From positions 97,068 to 161,067 of the forward strand of contig CAWHGC010000012.1 in assembly GCA_963828885.1 (NCBI GenBank): 64,000 bases of DNA, in the 5' to 3' direction. The notes under the pieces were generated by a model. It ran no database searches and was not told where the DNA came from. It worked only from the letters and a program-made list of their open reading frames with translations. Source of the stretch: an uncultured Actinomycetes bacterium. Lineage in GTDB: Bacteria; Actinomycetota; UBA4738; HRBIN12. Of this stretch, positions 1 to 10,320 are shown one piece after another (position 1 is the first letter of the stretch; every line of letters begins with the position of its first letter). The translations under genes and the position numbers were made by a program.

Positions 1-816
1 TCGATGGCCGCGATCTGGTCCGCCGTGAGCTTCGGCTTCAGCCGGATCGTCGAGGGCTTGTCGGAGACGTCGTCCTCGTTGAAGCTCGGCGGCCGCCACG
101 GCGCGAGGTTCGAGTACAGGTGCTGGTGACGGATCGCCGGCACGGCCGGCTCGTGCGGCGCCTTCGGGCTGAAGTACAGGAACAAGGGCTGCTCCGGCGG
201 CGTGGAGCCGATGAAGTCGACGGCCTCGGCCGCCAGTACGTCGGTCAGATACTGCGAGCTGTCGAACGTGGTGAGCGCGCCGTCGTCGCTCACCTGGAAC
301 CCGTAGTCGGTGCCGCCGTTGTCGAATCCCGCGAACCAGTGGCTCCATCCGGGCGGGATGTACGAGGCCTGTTCGGCGAAGTACTCGTTCATGTACTTGC
401 CGATCAGGGCCGTGCGGTAGCCGTCGGCCTGGAGCCACGTCGCGATCGTGGAGCTGTCGTTGAACTTCCGGAACCCGCCGTCGGGGTACTCGTTCGTGTA
501 CACCCCGTGCGTGTGCGAGTACTGACCGGTGAGGATCGTCGCGCGGCTCGGGCAGCAGAGCGGGTTCACCACGAAGGCCTTCGTGAACTTCGTGCCCTTC
601 GCGACGATCTGGGCCTTCACGGTCGGCATGGCCCACAGGGTGTCCCACCGCTGGTCGTCGGTGAGGATGAGCACGATGTTGGGGGGTGCCGCGACGCCGC
701 GCGCCACGGGGGCATGGCCGGGTGCGACGCCACCGGCCGGCGCGGCCGCGAACACCAGCAGCGATGCGACGGCCGACAGCAGGGCGGGCGCGGCCCCGGC
801 GGGGGTGCGGGCTCAT
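1..816 (-). CDS. Formylglycine-dependent sulfatase (N-acetylglucosamine-6-sulfatase-like). Only the 5' part is present; the gene runs off the left edge.
   Basis: My own reverse-strand translation is continuous to nt 1 and reads ...PPNIVLILTDDQRWDTLWAMP...NPLCCPSRATILTGQYSHTHGV... This includes the C-x-P-x-R motif at about 541-566. The gene is absent from the ORF track because it leaves the window. The ATG at 816 is one frame off the signal-like segment ALLSAVASLLVFAAAPA, which implies an extra base near 780. Confidence 0.85.
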   Translation of the reverse strand, partial: MSPHPRRGRARPAVGRRIAAGVRGRAGRWRRTRPCPRGARRRGTPQHRAHPHRRPAVGHPVGHADREGPDRREGHEVHEGLRGEPALLPEPRDDPHRSVLAHARGVHERVPRRRVPEVQRQLHDRDVAPGRRLPHGPDRQVHERVLRRTGLVHPARMEPLVRGIRQRRHRLRVPGERRRRAHHVRQLAVSDRRTGGRGRRLHRLHAAGAALVPVLQPEGAARAGRAGDPSPAPVLEPRAVAAAELQRGRRLRQALDDPAEAEAHGGPDRGHR

Positions 817-864
817 GGCTCGCGAGTGAACCTCGCGCGGTCCCGCCGGGTCAAGGGACGCTCG

Positions 865-3800
865 CTAGCTCTGATCGAGCTCGAGGATCCGGTTGTCCCA
901 CACGACCGAGACGTAGATCGTGCCGTCGAGGCCGAAGGCGACGTCGAACGGCGCGTCCATCGAGGTCAGGCCCAGGGACGGGGCGTCGACGATGCCGCGC
1001 AGGGCGCCGCCCGGAGCCATCCGCACGAGGCGGTCGTGACCGGTGTCGGCCACCCAGATCGTGCCGTCCGGTGCCACGGAGACCCCCCACGGAGATTTGA
1101 ACGGCAGCAGATCCTCCGTGGCCCCCGTGATGACCGACCACACGCCCGTTGCCGGGTTCCGCTTCTGCACCCGGTCGTTCTGTGTGTCGGCGACCCAGAT
1201 CGTGCCGTCGGGCGCCACGTCGACGCCGGTCGGCGTCGAGAACTGCCCGGCGGCGCTCCCCTTCGTGCCGTACGAGGTCACGAACGTGCCCGTGCCGTCC
1301 GGGCCGATCGAGAATCGCTGGATCCGGCCGTTGCCGGAGTCGGCGACCAGCAGGGACCCGTCGGTCGGATCGAAGGCGACGCCCTGCGGGAACGTGAACG
1401 ACCCCGGCGTGGTGCCGCGGATGCCCCACCGGGTGACGAATGCGCCCGCGGCGTCGAAGACCTCGATCTCGTGGCTCTCCCGGTTCGCGACGAAGACGGC
1501 GGCCGGTCTGCCGCTGCACCGCGGCGTCCCACGCGAAGTTGATCGAGCCCGGCTCGGCGGTCGTGCCACGGTGGCCCCACTTCTTCAGGTACGTGCCGCC
1601 GGCCGAGAACTTCTGGATCCGCTGGTTCCACCAGTCCACGGCGAAGATCGAGCCGTCGTCCGGATCGACGGCGATGCCGCGCGGGGCGTTGAATCCGGGC
1701 GCGGGCGGCGGCCCGCCGAACAGCATCCGCGAGAACGAGGCAGAGGTCCCCGAGGCGTCGATGCGGTACTCCTTCACGCCGAAGTCCCACTCGTCGGCGA
1801 CCGCCACGATCCCGTCGTGCGTTACGGCGAGGCCGCGCGCGTCCGTGAGGTACTGGTGGCCCGTGCCGGTGTTGCCGAACTGAAAGAGGAACGTGCCCTG
1901 CGAGTCGAACACCTGCACGCGATGGTTGCCGTCGTCGCTCACGTACACCCGCCCGGCATCGTCGATGTCGATCCCCCGGATGTCCCCCATGAACTTCCCG
2001 GGCCTGGTGCCGCCGCCGCCGAACCGGAACCGCTCCACGCCGTGCTGGTCGAACACCACGATCTCGCGGTCGCGGGCGCTCACCACGTAGAGGTCGTGCG
2101 TGACGGGGTGCACGGCCAGCTGCCGCGGCTGGTTCAGCAACCCCTGGCCGAACTGGGCGAGGTACGTGCCGGTCCTGGTGAACTTCTGCACGCGGGAGCC
2201 GTCGGTCGTGTACACGACCTCGTCGGGTGCGTCGCCCGCGCCGAGGCCCGGCCCGACCGTGACCCCGTACACCATGCTGAACTGGCCGGGCCCGGTGCCG
2301 GAGGTCCCCCACATGCGGATGAAGTCGAGGTTCGGCGACAGCACCTGGATCCGGTTGTTCGGCGTGTCGGCCACGTAGACGTTGCCGGCGGCGTCGACCG
2401 AGACCGCGCGGGCGGCTCCGAACTGCCCCTTCGCGCGTCCCTGATGGCCGCCCCGGGTCGCGACGATCGAGCCGGTCGTCCGGTCGATCTTGCACACCCT
2501 GTAGCGACCGGGATCGATGACGTAGTACGAGCTGCCCGAGTCGACGACGTCGACCGGATACATGTCTGCGAGGCCGGGCCCCGCCAGCTGGCCCGTGAAG
2601 GTGACGGCACCGCCGCCGGGCACGGTGTCGGTGTCGGTCGCCGCGTCGTTCCCCGGCACGGGATCCGTCGCCGGCGCGCCCGTGATCGAGGCCGTCGTCG
2701 CGACCGAACCGGCCGCGTACGTATCGTCGAGGGCGATCGTCAGGCCGTACGAGACCGACCGGTTCGACGCGATCGCAGCCGCCGTGCAGGTGAAGACGCC
2801 GGCGGCGATCGAGCAGTCGGCCTCGGCCTCGGAGCCGCTCGTGCCGGCGGGGATCGGCACCGACACCACAACGCCGGCGGGCTCCTTCGCCGGACCTCGG
2901 TTGGTGACCGTGACCGTGTAGGTGGTGGAGCCGCCGATCGCGACGCTGGAGACGCCGTCGGTCACGGAGACCGCCAGGTCGGCCTCGACGACGACGGCGT
3001 TCGTGTCGTCGTCCGAGCCGTTGCCAGGCGCCGGGTCGGCCGTACTCGAGGTCACACTCGCCGTGTTCGTCTGTCCGCCCGTCGTCGCGCCCGGCACCGT
3101 GTACGCGACCGTGATCGACCTCGAGGTCCCGGCGGCGATCGTGCCGAGGTCGCAGGTGAAGTCCGGAGAACCGGCGCAGGAGCCGTTCTTGTTCGTGACG
3201 GTGCCGCGCACGTAGCCGGCCGGCCACGTGTCGGCGACCTGGACGGACTGCGCGTCCGACGGACCGGCGTTGGCGGCGGTGATCGTGAAGCGGCGCGTGA
3301 CACCGTCGCCGGCGCGGACCGAGGTGACGCCGTCGTCCTTCGTCACCGACAGGTCGGCAGAGGTCGTGACCGTGTCCGAGTCGGAGGCCGTGTCGTTCGT
3401 CGTCGAGGACTCCGAGCTGGTCGTGGCCACCACGACCGTGTGCACCTGCGGCGTCGAGGTCGTGGCGGCCGGCACGGTGGCTTCGACGGTGACGGTGGCG
3501 GCGGCGCCCGCGCCGATCGTGCCGAGCTGGCACGTGAAGCTCGGAGCGCCCGAGCACGAACCCTTCGACGGCGTGACCGTGCCCTGCGCGAACCCGGCCG
3601 GCCAGGTGTCGGTGAGGGAGACGCCGCCCGCCGGGGCGGTGCCGATGTTCGACACGGTGATCGTGGAGGTGCGCGTGACGCCGTCACCGGCCGTGACCAT
3701 CGAGACGCCGTCGGAGACCGAGACCGCGAGGTCCGCCTGCCTCACGACGACGCCGTTGGTCAGCACGACCTGGTTGCTGGGGTTCGCCGTGCAGAGGTTG

Positions 3801-4165
3801 TCCGTGTACGCGAGGACGTAGGCGTCGTAGGTGCCCGGCGTCGTGGGCGCGGTGACGGGGAACGTGCTCGTGACGGTCTGGTTCGTCGTGTTGGTGACGT
3901 CGACGCACGTGACCGTCCCGGGCGTGGTGGCGATACGCCATCCGATCGAGCCCACCCGGTCGGTGACACCCCCGCCTGCGGTGGTGGTGACGGCGGCCGT
4001 GATCGTCGCCCCTACCGAGACGGTGACGGCGGCGGCGCCGTTCAGGGTGGCCCCGTCCGTCACGGGCGCCGCCGTCGCGACGAGCGCCATCGGCCCGACG
4101 ACCAGGGCCAGCGGGAGGGACAGGGCGATGAGGCGCCGGAGGGCGCCGGCTCTGGGGGGACTCAT
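865..4165 (-). CDS. Secreted repeat protein of about 1100 aa: signal peptide, DUF11-type repeats, then a long NHL-repeat beta-propeller region. One apparent +1 frameshift near 1490-1510.
   Basis: ORF 851..4324 gives MSPPRAGALRRLIALSLPLALVV (signal). It then has three copies of ADL(A/S)V(S/T)...GD..T..(T/F)TI(T/A)..N.G (DUF11 conserved repeat), followed by NHL units (YVADTPNNRIQVL, VSDDGNHRVQVFD, VDWWNQRIQKF). After ...INFAWDAAVQRQTGR this frame turns to Arg-rich junk. ORF 865..1569 continues the NHL units (VFVANRESHEIEVFD, VADSGNGRIQRF, VADTQNDRVQK, VADTGHDRLVR) to a stop at 865. Confidence 0.8.
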
Positions 4166-4371
4166 GTGCTCCCGTTGTCGGTCGGCCGACCCCCGGCACC
4201 CCCGCCCGAGGCCGGACGGGCTGCGATGGAGCCGAGGAAGCCTCGACCCTACCGGTGCCGATCGCCGGTTCGAATCAGACCTTCGGCCCCACGAGCCGGT
4301 GAAGGTCGTTGCGTTCCGAGCCATCCCTCGACGGAGGGAATGCCGCCGGGCGCGGTCAAGTTGGGACAGGC

Positions 4372-5457
4372 ATGCGCTGGCTGGCCCTCCCTGCAGGCAT
4401 CCTGATCCTGTCGCTCACGATGCTGGACCTGTTCCGGGTGCTCGTGATGCCACGGGCGGCCCGCGGCCGGTACCGGCTGTCGCGCCTGGTCTTCACCGGG
4501 TTGTGGCGGCCGTGGCGGTGGATCGCGCTGCGCGCCCGTACGGAGGCCGGGCGCGAGCGATTCCTGGCCGGGGCCTCCCCCTTCTCCCTGTTCGCGCTGC
4601 TGGTGGTCTGGGCCGGGCTCACGGTCCTCGCGTACGCACTCGTGCTGTGGAGCCCTCCGTTCGTCGACGGCGTGCAGGGGTCCGAGGCGACGACCTTCGG
4701 CACGGTCCTGTACCTGAGCGGGTCGTCCCTGTTCACCCTCGGGTTCGGCGACGTCGTGGCGACGGGGGCGACGCGAGCCGTCGTCGTCATCGAGGGGGCG
4801 AACGGTCTCGGCCTGATCGCGCTGGTGATCGGCTACCTGCCCGTGCTGTACCAGGCGTTCAACCGGCGCGAGGTCGGCATCCTGATGCTCGACGCCCGGG
4901 CCGGGTCGCCGCCGTCGGGGGCCGAACTGCTCCGCCGGGTCGGCGGACCCGGCGTGCGGCGCTCGCTGCCCCAGCTGTTCGGGGAGTGGGAGCGGTGGGC
5001 GGCCGACGTGCTCGAGACCCACCTCTCGTATCCGTTCCTCGCGTTCTTCCGCTCGCCCCACGACAACACGTCGTGGGTGACGTCGCTCGGCGCGGTGCTG
5101 GACGCGGCGACGCTGGTGCTGTCCACGGTCGACGACGAGCCGTGCACGGACGCCGCCGAGATGCTCTACGCAACCGGCACGCACGCGGTCGAGGACCTCT
5201 TCTACTACTTCCGGCTGCTCGAGCATCCCGAGGTGATCGAGCGGGGCGAGTTCGACCAGGTGCTGCAGGATCTGGCCGCGGCCGGCGTGCCGCTGAAGCC
5301 GGCCGACGAGGCGTGGAAGTCCTTCATCGAACTGCGCGCGGCGTACGGCGGCCGGCTGAACGCCCTCGCGCTGCGGGTCACGGCGCCGCCGGCGCGCTGG
5401 ATCGGCGACCGCTCCACCGTGCCGGTCCCGCCGACGAACCGGGCGGCGCACCCCTGA
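4372..5457 (+). CDS. Potassium-channel-like membrane protein (Ion_trans_2 type pore with a cytoplasmic C-terminal domain)
   Basis: ORF 4309..5457. The internal ATG at 4372 starts MRWLALPAGILILSLTMLDLF. The selectivity-filter-like motif TLGFGD lies between hydrophobic helices. Confidence 0.65.
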   Translation: MRWLALPAGILILSLTMLDLFRVLVMPRAARGRYRLSRLVFTGLWRPWRWIALRARTEAGRERFLAGASPFSLFALLVVWAGLTVLAYALVLWSPPFVDGVQGSEATTFGTVLYLSGSSLFTLGFGDVVATGATRAVVVIEGANGLGLIALVIGYLPVLYQAFNRREVGILMLDARAGSPPSGAELLRRVGGPGVRRSLPQLFGEWERWAADVLETHLSYPFLAFFRSPHDNTSWVTSLGAVLDAATLVLSTVDDEPCTDAAEMLYATGTHAVEDLFYYFRLLEHPEVIERGEFDQVLQDLAAAGVPLKPADEAWKSFIELRAAYGGRLNALALRVTAPPARWIGDRSTVPVPPTNRAAHP

Positions 5458-5576
5458 GTCACGCGGGTCAACGGTGCGCCGAGAAGCGTAGGTTATGGAC
5501 AGAGTGCCGGGCCGAGACCCGCCGAACCTCGCGGGACGCGCACCGATGCCCACCCGATCGCACGGGAAGGGGATCC

Positions 5577-5966
5577 ATGGAAGCGCTCTACGTCCTCGAG
5601 CCAGGCGGATTCGGCGTGGCGCCGTTCATCTCGGGTCAGGAGCTCGCGTACGACCTCGACGACGCGGATGTCGGTCGGGAGGGTCGCCTGATCAACGGCC
5701 TCTACCTCGGGCACGACCAGCGGCTCCAGGTGCGAGCCGAGCTGCTCGGGGACAGCGACGGCCGGCGCGCGCTCGCATCCTGGGAGATGGGCGACCACAC
5801 GTTGGCGCAGGAGTACGAGGACCGGCGCCAGGTGCAGCTCGACCACGAGGATGTCGACGAACATGCGGCCGCCGGCGACCCCGTCGCGAAGGAGCTTGCC
5901 GCCATCGGGTATCCCGCGTCGCGGAGCCACGAGTACTCGATGAGCTCGACGCCGGTCGCTCGCTGA
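5577..5966 (+). CDS. Hypothetical acidic protein (129 aa)
   Basis: This is the last 129 codons of ORF 3831..5966. The ATG at 5577 is preceded by GAAGGGG. The composition looks protein-like, unlike the Arg-rich upstream part of the ORF. I recognise no motif. Confidence 0.4.
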   Translation: MEALYVLEPGGFGVAPFISGQELAYDLDDADVGREGRLINGLYLGHDQRLQVRAELLGDSDGRRALASWEMGDHTLAQEYEDRRQVQLDHEDVDEHAAAGDPVAKELAAIGYPASRSHEYSMSSTPVAR

Positions 5967-5982
5967 ACGAGCGCCCGCGGCT

Positions 5983-6492
5983 TCAGGGAAGAACGTCGTG
6001 GCTCGTTGTGTCTCTTCGACAGCTCTGTGGATGACAGGCGCGCGATCGACCCCAGAAATGAACTCCAGAGTTCGTGCGGTCCAATTCCCGGACCCAGTAC
6101 GGCAGGATCCGTGTGGTGAACGTCTGTGGGGCGATCCGAATGAGCCTGGATCCCCAACAACAGAGCGACGACCCGAAGTCACCGTGGACGAGCTTCAGCG
6201 TCCCGTCTCGACGGAGGACGTGTGCCGTCGTGGGCCGGGTGAACCCCTCGGGCAGGAAGTTCACCCAGGCAGCGTTCCGGCGGAAGACCTCAGTGGGAAG
6301 TGCGCTGCGATCGAACCCAGGCCAGAACCCGATGGTCACCTTCAGACGCCCGTGATCAAGCTCTTTCACGTGCACCCACCGGATGTCCAGCGGCCCCCGC
6401 ACATCGTGCGGATCCCAGATGGCGGCGGCCGGAGGCGGACTGACGAGCGACAGCGCGAGTGGCAGAGCGAGCGCGATGATGAACCGGCGCAT
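5983..6492 (-). CDS. Hypothetical secreted protein (169 aa)
   Basis: The internal ATG of ORF 5983..6840 gives the signal peptide MRRFIIALALPLALSLVSPPPAAA. GC is lower than in the flanks. No family recognised. Confidence 0.45.
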   Translation of the reverse strand: MRRFIIALALPLALSLVSPPPAAAIWDPHDVRGPLDIRWVHVKELDHGRLKVTIGFWPGFDRSALPTEVFRRNAAWVNFLPEGFTRPTTAHVLRRDGTLKLVHGDFGSSLCCWGSRLIRIAPQTFTTRILPYWVRELDRTNSGVHFWGRSRACHPQSCRRDTTSHDVLP

Positions 6493-6582
6493 CGGAACCC
6501 CCCAAACGTCTGGACCGCCAACATACGGGCGACACACCTGTCCAGATAGTGGGCCCTTGGCCCTACACGCCGCCATCGGTCT

Positions 6583-6631
6583 CGAGAAGTGGACCCAAGG
6601 GGATTCGAACCCGTGACCTCCTGGCTGCCAG
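6583..6631 (-). repeat. Partial copy of tRNA-Ala(GGC): anticodon loop to 3' end plus 7 nt downstream. Direct repeat of 8074-8122.
   Basis: cgagaagtggacccaaggggattcgaacccGtgacctcctggctgccag matches 8074-8122 at 48 of 49 positions. The single mismatch falls in the T stem. There is no matching 5' acceptor or D arm, so this is not a functional tRNA. Confidence 0.85.
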
Positions 6632-6854
6632 GCATACCAGGCTAAGCGGTGTGCTGACCTGGGAGTTTGCAGGCCAACGACGAGCGGAAGCGGCGAAGTT
6701 GTCGGGTGAGGCTCCGGGCTCTCCCCTTCGAATGGACTGAGCATGGCGGCGGGACTCGGTGAGCTCGCCGAGGAACAGGACGCCGTGGCTCCCGGGTTGT
6801 GCAGACCTCTCATCTGGGCGCAAGATTGCGAGCAACCCACGAGCGGAGGTCCCG

Positions 6855-8048
6855 GTGCCTGACGACACGAGCATCCGACCGTTTCGAGTCAACGTTCCCG
6901 ACGAAGATCTCGCGGAGCTGCACCGCCGGATCGCTGCCACGCGCTTGCCTTCCAAGGAGCTCGTCGCGGATCGGTCACAGGGCGTGCAGTTGGCGACGAT
7001 CCAGGAGCTCGCACGCTACTGGGAGAACGAGTACGACTGGCGCCGGTGTGAGGCGCGACTGAACGCGCTGCCGCAGTTCACAACCGAGATCGACGGACTG
7101 AACATCCACTTCATCCACGTGAAGTCGCGACACGAGAACGCGTTGCCGTTGATCATGACGCACGGTTGGCCGGGCTCGGTGATCGAGCTGCTCGAGACCA
7201 TCGGGCCCCTCACCGACCCGACCGCGCACGGCGGACGCGCCGAGGACGCGTTCCACCTCGTGCTGCCGTCGATCCCCGGCTACGGCTTCTCCGACGAGCC
7301 GACCGAACTCGGCTGGGGCCCCATCCGTATCGGGCAGGCCTGGCACGAGCTCATGCAGCGCCTCGGTTACGCCCGGTACGTCGCGCAGGGCGGCGATGTG
7401 GGCTCCCAGGTCACTGACGCGATGGGCCGCCTGTCACTCGACGGATTGCTCGGCATCCACACGAACCTTCTCACGCCGGCGCTGGGCGACCCCAACGCCC
7501 TGAGCGCGTCGCCACCCACCACAGAAGAACGTGCTGCCCTCGACCAGCTCGACGCATTCCACGCGACCGGCACTGGCTACTTCGTGGAGCAGGCAACGCG
7601 CCCGGAGACGATCGGCTATGCCCTTCTGGATTCGCCCATCGCCCTGGCGGCCTGGATGATCGATCACGACACCGACGCCTACGAGAAGATCGCCCGCGCC
7701 TTTGTCGACAAGGAACCTTCGGGAAATCTCACCCGGGAACACATCGTCGACAACATCACGCTGTATTGGCTGACCGGCACCGGGGCGTCCGCGGCGCGCT
7801 CGTACTGGGAGGAAGGACAAGAGGGCGTTCGTGCGGCCGGTCAGGCTCCCCCGCCGGTCTCGATTCCGGTCGGTTTCACGTCGTTCCCCGGGGAGATCTG
7901 GCGTACCCCGCGCAGCTGGGTCGAGCGGGCGTACCCCAACGTCCCCATCTACTTCAACGAGGTGGACAAGGGCGGTCACTTCGCCGCGTGGGAGGAACCG
8001 GACCTCTTCGCGCAAGAGTTGCGCTCCGCGTTCCAGTCGCTGCGATAG
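6855..8048 (+). CDS. Epoxide hydrolase (microsomal-type N-terminal domain plus alpha/beta hydrolase)
   Basis: ORF 6759..8048 contains IRPFRVNVPDEDLAELHRRIAATRLP, ...GLNIHFIHVKS..., HGWPGS and IPGYGFSD. The likely start is the GTG at 6855, 6 nt after GGAGG. Confidence 0.85.
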   Translation: MPDDTSIRPFRVNVPDEDLAELHRRIAATRLPSKELVADRSQGVQLATIQELARYWENEYDWRRCEARLNALPQFTTEIDGLNIHFIHVKSRHENALPLIMTHGWPGSVIELLETIGPLTDPTAHGGRAEDAFHLVLPSIPGYGFSDEPTELGWGPIRIGQAWHELMQRLGYARYVAQGGDVGSQVTDAMGRLSLDGLLGIHTNLLTPALGDPNALSASPPTTEERAALDQLDAFHATGTGYFVEQATRPETIGYALLDSPIALAAWMIDHDTDAYEKIARAFVDKEPSGNLTREHIVDNITLYWLTGTGASAARSYWEEGQEGVRAAGQAPPPVSIPVGFTSFPGEIWRTPRSWVERAYPNVPIYFNEVDKGGHFAAWEEPDLFAQELRSAFQSLR

Positions 8049-8080
8049 CGGATCCCTCGATGGACGGTCATGGCGAGAAG

Positions 8081-8153
8081 TGGACCCAAGGGGATTCGAA
8101 CCCCTGACCTCCTGGCTGCCAGCCAGGCGCTCTACCAGCTGAGCTATGGGCCC
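8081..8153 (-). tRNA. tRNA-Ala (anticodon GGC)
   Basis: The reverse complement GGGCCCATAGCTCAGCTGGTAGAGCGCCTGGCTGGCAGCCAGGAGGTCAGGGGTTCGAATCCCCTTGGGTCCA folds as a 73-nt cloverleaf (7/4/5/5 stems). The G3:U70 identity pair is present, the anticodon loop is CUGGCAG, and no CCA is encoded. Confidence 0.95.
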
Positions 8154-8167
8154 GCGGGGTGGTCAGT

Positions 8168-8575
8168 CTACCCGGAGGACACGGCGCCGGGGTCGTCCCA
8201 GTCGACCTCGGGGGCGTCGCGCCACAGTCGCTCGAGGTCGTAGTACTCGCGGTCCTCTTCGGAGAAGACGTGCACGACCACGTCGAAGTAGTCGAGGAGC
8301 CACCAGCCGGCCTCGCTCTCGCCCTCGCGCCGCATGGGCTTCACGCCCATCTCGCGCGTCGCGCGTTCGATCTCGTCGATGACCGTGCGGATCTGACGGG
8401 TGCTGGACGCCGTGCAGATCACGAAGTAGTCCGTGATGACGATGGGCTCGCGCACGTCCAGGATCACGATGCGGGACGCCTGCTTGTCGGACGCGGCGCG
8501 GGCAGCCGCCACGGCCACCGCGCGGCTGTCCGGATCGGCGGACATGCGGGCCGCCGCCGTGTTCGTCTCCGTCAA
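8168..8575 (-). CDS. rsfS: Ribosome silencing factor RsfS (iojap-like)
   Basis: The 135-aa ORF contains ...RIVILDVREPIVITDYFVICTASSTRQIRTVIDEI...WWLLDYFDVVVHVF. It sits downstream of nadD, which is the conserved arrangement. Confidence 0.9.
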   Translation of the reverse strand: MTETNTAAARMSADPDSRAVAVAAARAASDKQASRIVILDVREPIVITDYFVICTASSTRQIRTVIDEIERATREMGVKPMRREGESEAGWWLLDYFDVVVHVFSEEDREYYDLERLWRDAPEVDWDDPGAVSSG

Positions 8576-9673
8576 GCCGTGAAGTCCTTCCCGATCACGA
8601 TCGTGATGTCTGCCAACCCCGATGGTACCTCCGTGACGCCCAGCTCACCGACCCCGAGCGCCCGGCGGGCCCGCCGCGCGTCGGCCACATGGTCGTCGCC
8701 GCCGGCGATCACCAGCGTCTTCTTGTGGTCGAACGAGTCCGCGTTCGTGCTCAGCACGATCCGGAACCCCTCCGGCACGAGCAGGGCCGGGACCTGGGAC
8801 GCGATGCCCGGGTCACCGACGCCGTTCTGCACGAGCACCGGCACCGGCGGCGTCGCGACGCCGAAATCGCTCGCCATCAGGGCGTCGAGCGCGTCGAAGT
8901 CCGGCACGCGGGACGAGCTCGCGCTCATGTGGGTCGGGAACGTGTCGATGCGCACGGGCGCGCCGACCGGCAGCAGCTTTGCGACGGCCTCGAGCTCGTC
9001 GCTCTGGCCCGTCAGGGACCCGCCGGTCCGCGCGGTCAGGAGCGCCGGCAGCACGACCTCCCACCGCGTGAAGGCGTTCGGCCCGTCGATGCCCAGGTAC
9101 TCGCTCACCTGCGTGCCGTCCAGCGTGACCTGCCCGGGACCGACGACGCCGCCGGACAGCGTCACCGGCGCCCGGCAGCGTCACCGTGAAGTCCACCGGC
9201 CGCGTCGTCGAGGACCGCGATCTGGTGCAGGTCGAGCACCAGGTAGTGATCGATCCACGTGCCGAGCGTGTTCGACAGCGACGCGCGCATGCCCTCGGCG
9301 TCCTGGTGCGCGATGCCGGCCGTCGAGCTGTCGCCGAGGCCCGGGACCTCGAGCTGCATCTCGGGCGGGATCGTGAGCGCCGGGACGTCGCCCTCGCCGC
9401 CGACGTGGACGACGGCGATCAGGGGCACCGCGGCGTCCCGCACCGAGATCGCGAACGTGGTGGGGCCGACGGGCGGGGCCGGGCCGGGCTGGCTGCTGCC
9501 GGCTGCGGCCGACGGCGGGTTGTCCGACCCGTCGCCGGGCAGGAGCAGCCAGACGCCGGCCCCGACGACCACGAACGCGACGACGGCCGCCGCCAGCCCG
9601 TCGTCGCTTCCGCGCCGCGCCGCGTGCGACGCGCGAGCCCTCGCACCGGCGGCGTCGAGGTCTCCGTGCTCAC
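8572..9673 (-). CDS. LCP (LytR-CpsA-Psr) family protein with a C-terminal LytR_C domain. It is split over four frames by apparent single-base insertions.
   Basis: A GTG at 9673 overlaps the nadD stop (GTGA). A TM segment [19 protein letters not shown] follows in ORF 9162..9572. The LCP-like core [22 protein letters not shown] continues as [10 protein letters not shown] in another frame, then as [25 protein letters not shown] plus the LytR_C part in ORF 8572..9165. Frame changes are near 9600-9620, 9190 and 9165. Confidence 0.6.
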
Positions 9674-10299
9674 CGGTACAGCCACACCTTCTCGATGTAG
9701 TACTCGACGCCCTCGGGCACGAGGTACTGGATCGGGCGCCCCTCGGCGACGCGCGCGCGGATGTCGGTGGAGCTGATGGCGAGCGCGGGGATCGGCATCA
9801 CGCTCACACGGGCATCGAGCGTGCTCTTGTCCCCCTCGAACGCCGCCAGGTCGTACCCGGGCCGGGTGGCCGCGATGAAGTGCGCGAGCTCGAACAGATC
9901 CTCGGGCTCCTTCCAGTGCAGGATCTCCAGCATGGCGTCGGCGCCCGTGATGAAGAACAGCTCGGTGCCGGCGCCCTGCTCGTCCTGCAGCTGGCGCAGG
10001 GTGTCGACGGCGTACGTCGGCCCCTCGCGGTCCACCTCGATCCGGCTCACGTTGAACCGCGGGTTCGAGGCGGTCGCGATCACCGTCATCAGGTACCGGT
10101 GCTCGGCCGGTGAGACGTTGTCGTGCGCCTTCATCCACGGCCGGCCCGTCGGCACGAACAGGACCTCGTCGAGGGAGAACTGGGCGCGGGCCTCCTCCGC
10201 GGTGACGAGGTGCCCGTGGTGGATCGGGTCGAACGTGCCGCCCATGACGCCGAGGCGCTTGCCCACGACGTCCATCCTAGTGCCGGACCGCGGCCGCAC
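9670..10299 (-). CDS. nadD: Nicotinate-nucleotide adenylyltransferase
   Basis: The ORF contains [16 protein letters not shown]... An alternative ATG start is at 10275. Confidence 0.9.
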   Translation of the reverse strand: MRPRSGTRMDVVGKRLGVMGGTFDPIHHGHLVTAEEARAQFSLDEVLFVPTGRPWMKAHDNVSPAEHRYLMTVIATASNPRFNVSRIEVDREGPTYAVDTLRQLQDEQGAGTELFFITGADAMLEILHWKEPEDLFELAHFIAATRPGYDLAAFEGDKSTLDARVSVMPIPALAISSTDIRARVAEGRPIQYLVPEGVEYYIEKVWLYR

Positions 10300-10320
10300 C
10301 CGGCAGGCGCGGCGGCGGGC

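Noticed and set aside
6583-6665. A possible second tRNA gene (tRNA-like T arm and acceptor 3' strand).
   Set aside because: Identity to tRNA-Ala stops at the anticodon loop. No complementary 5' acceptor strand or D arm exists upstream, and the T stem has a mismatch. I treated it as an att-type partial repeat rather than a gene.
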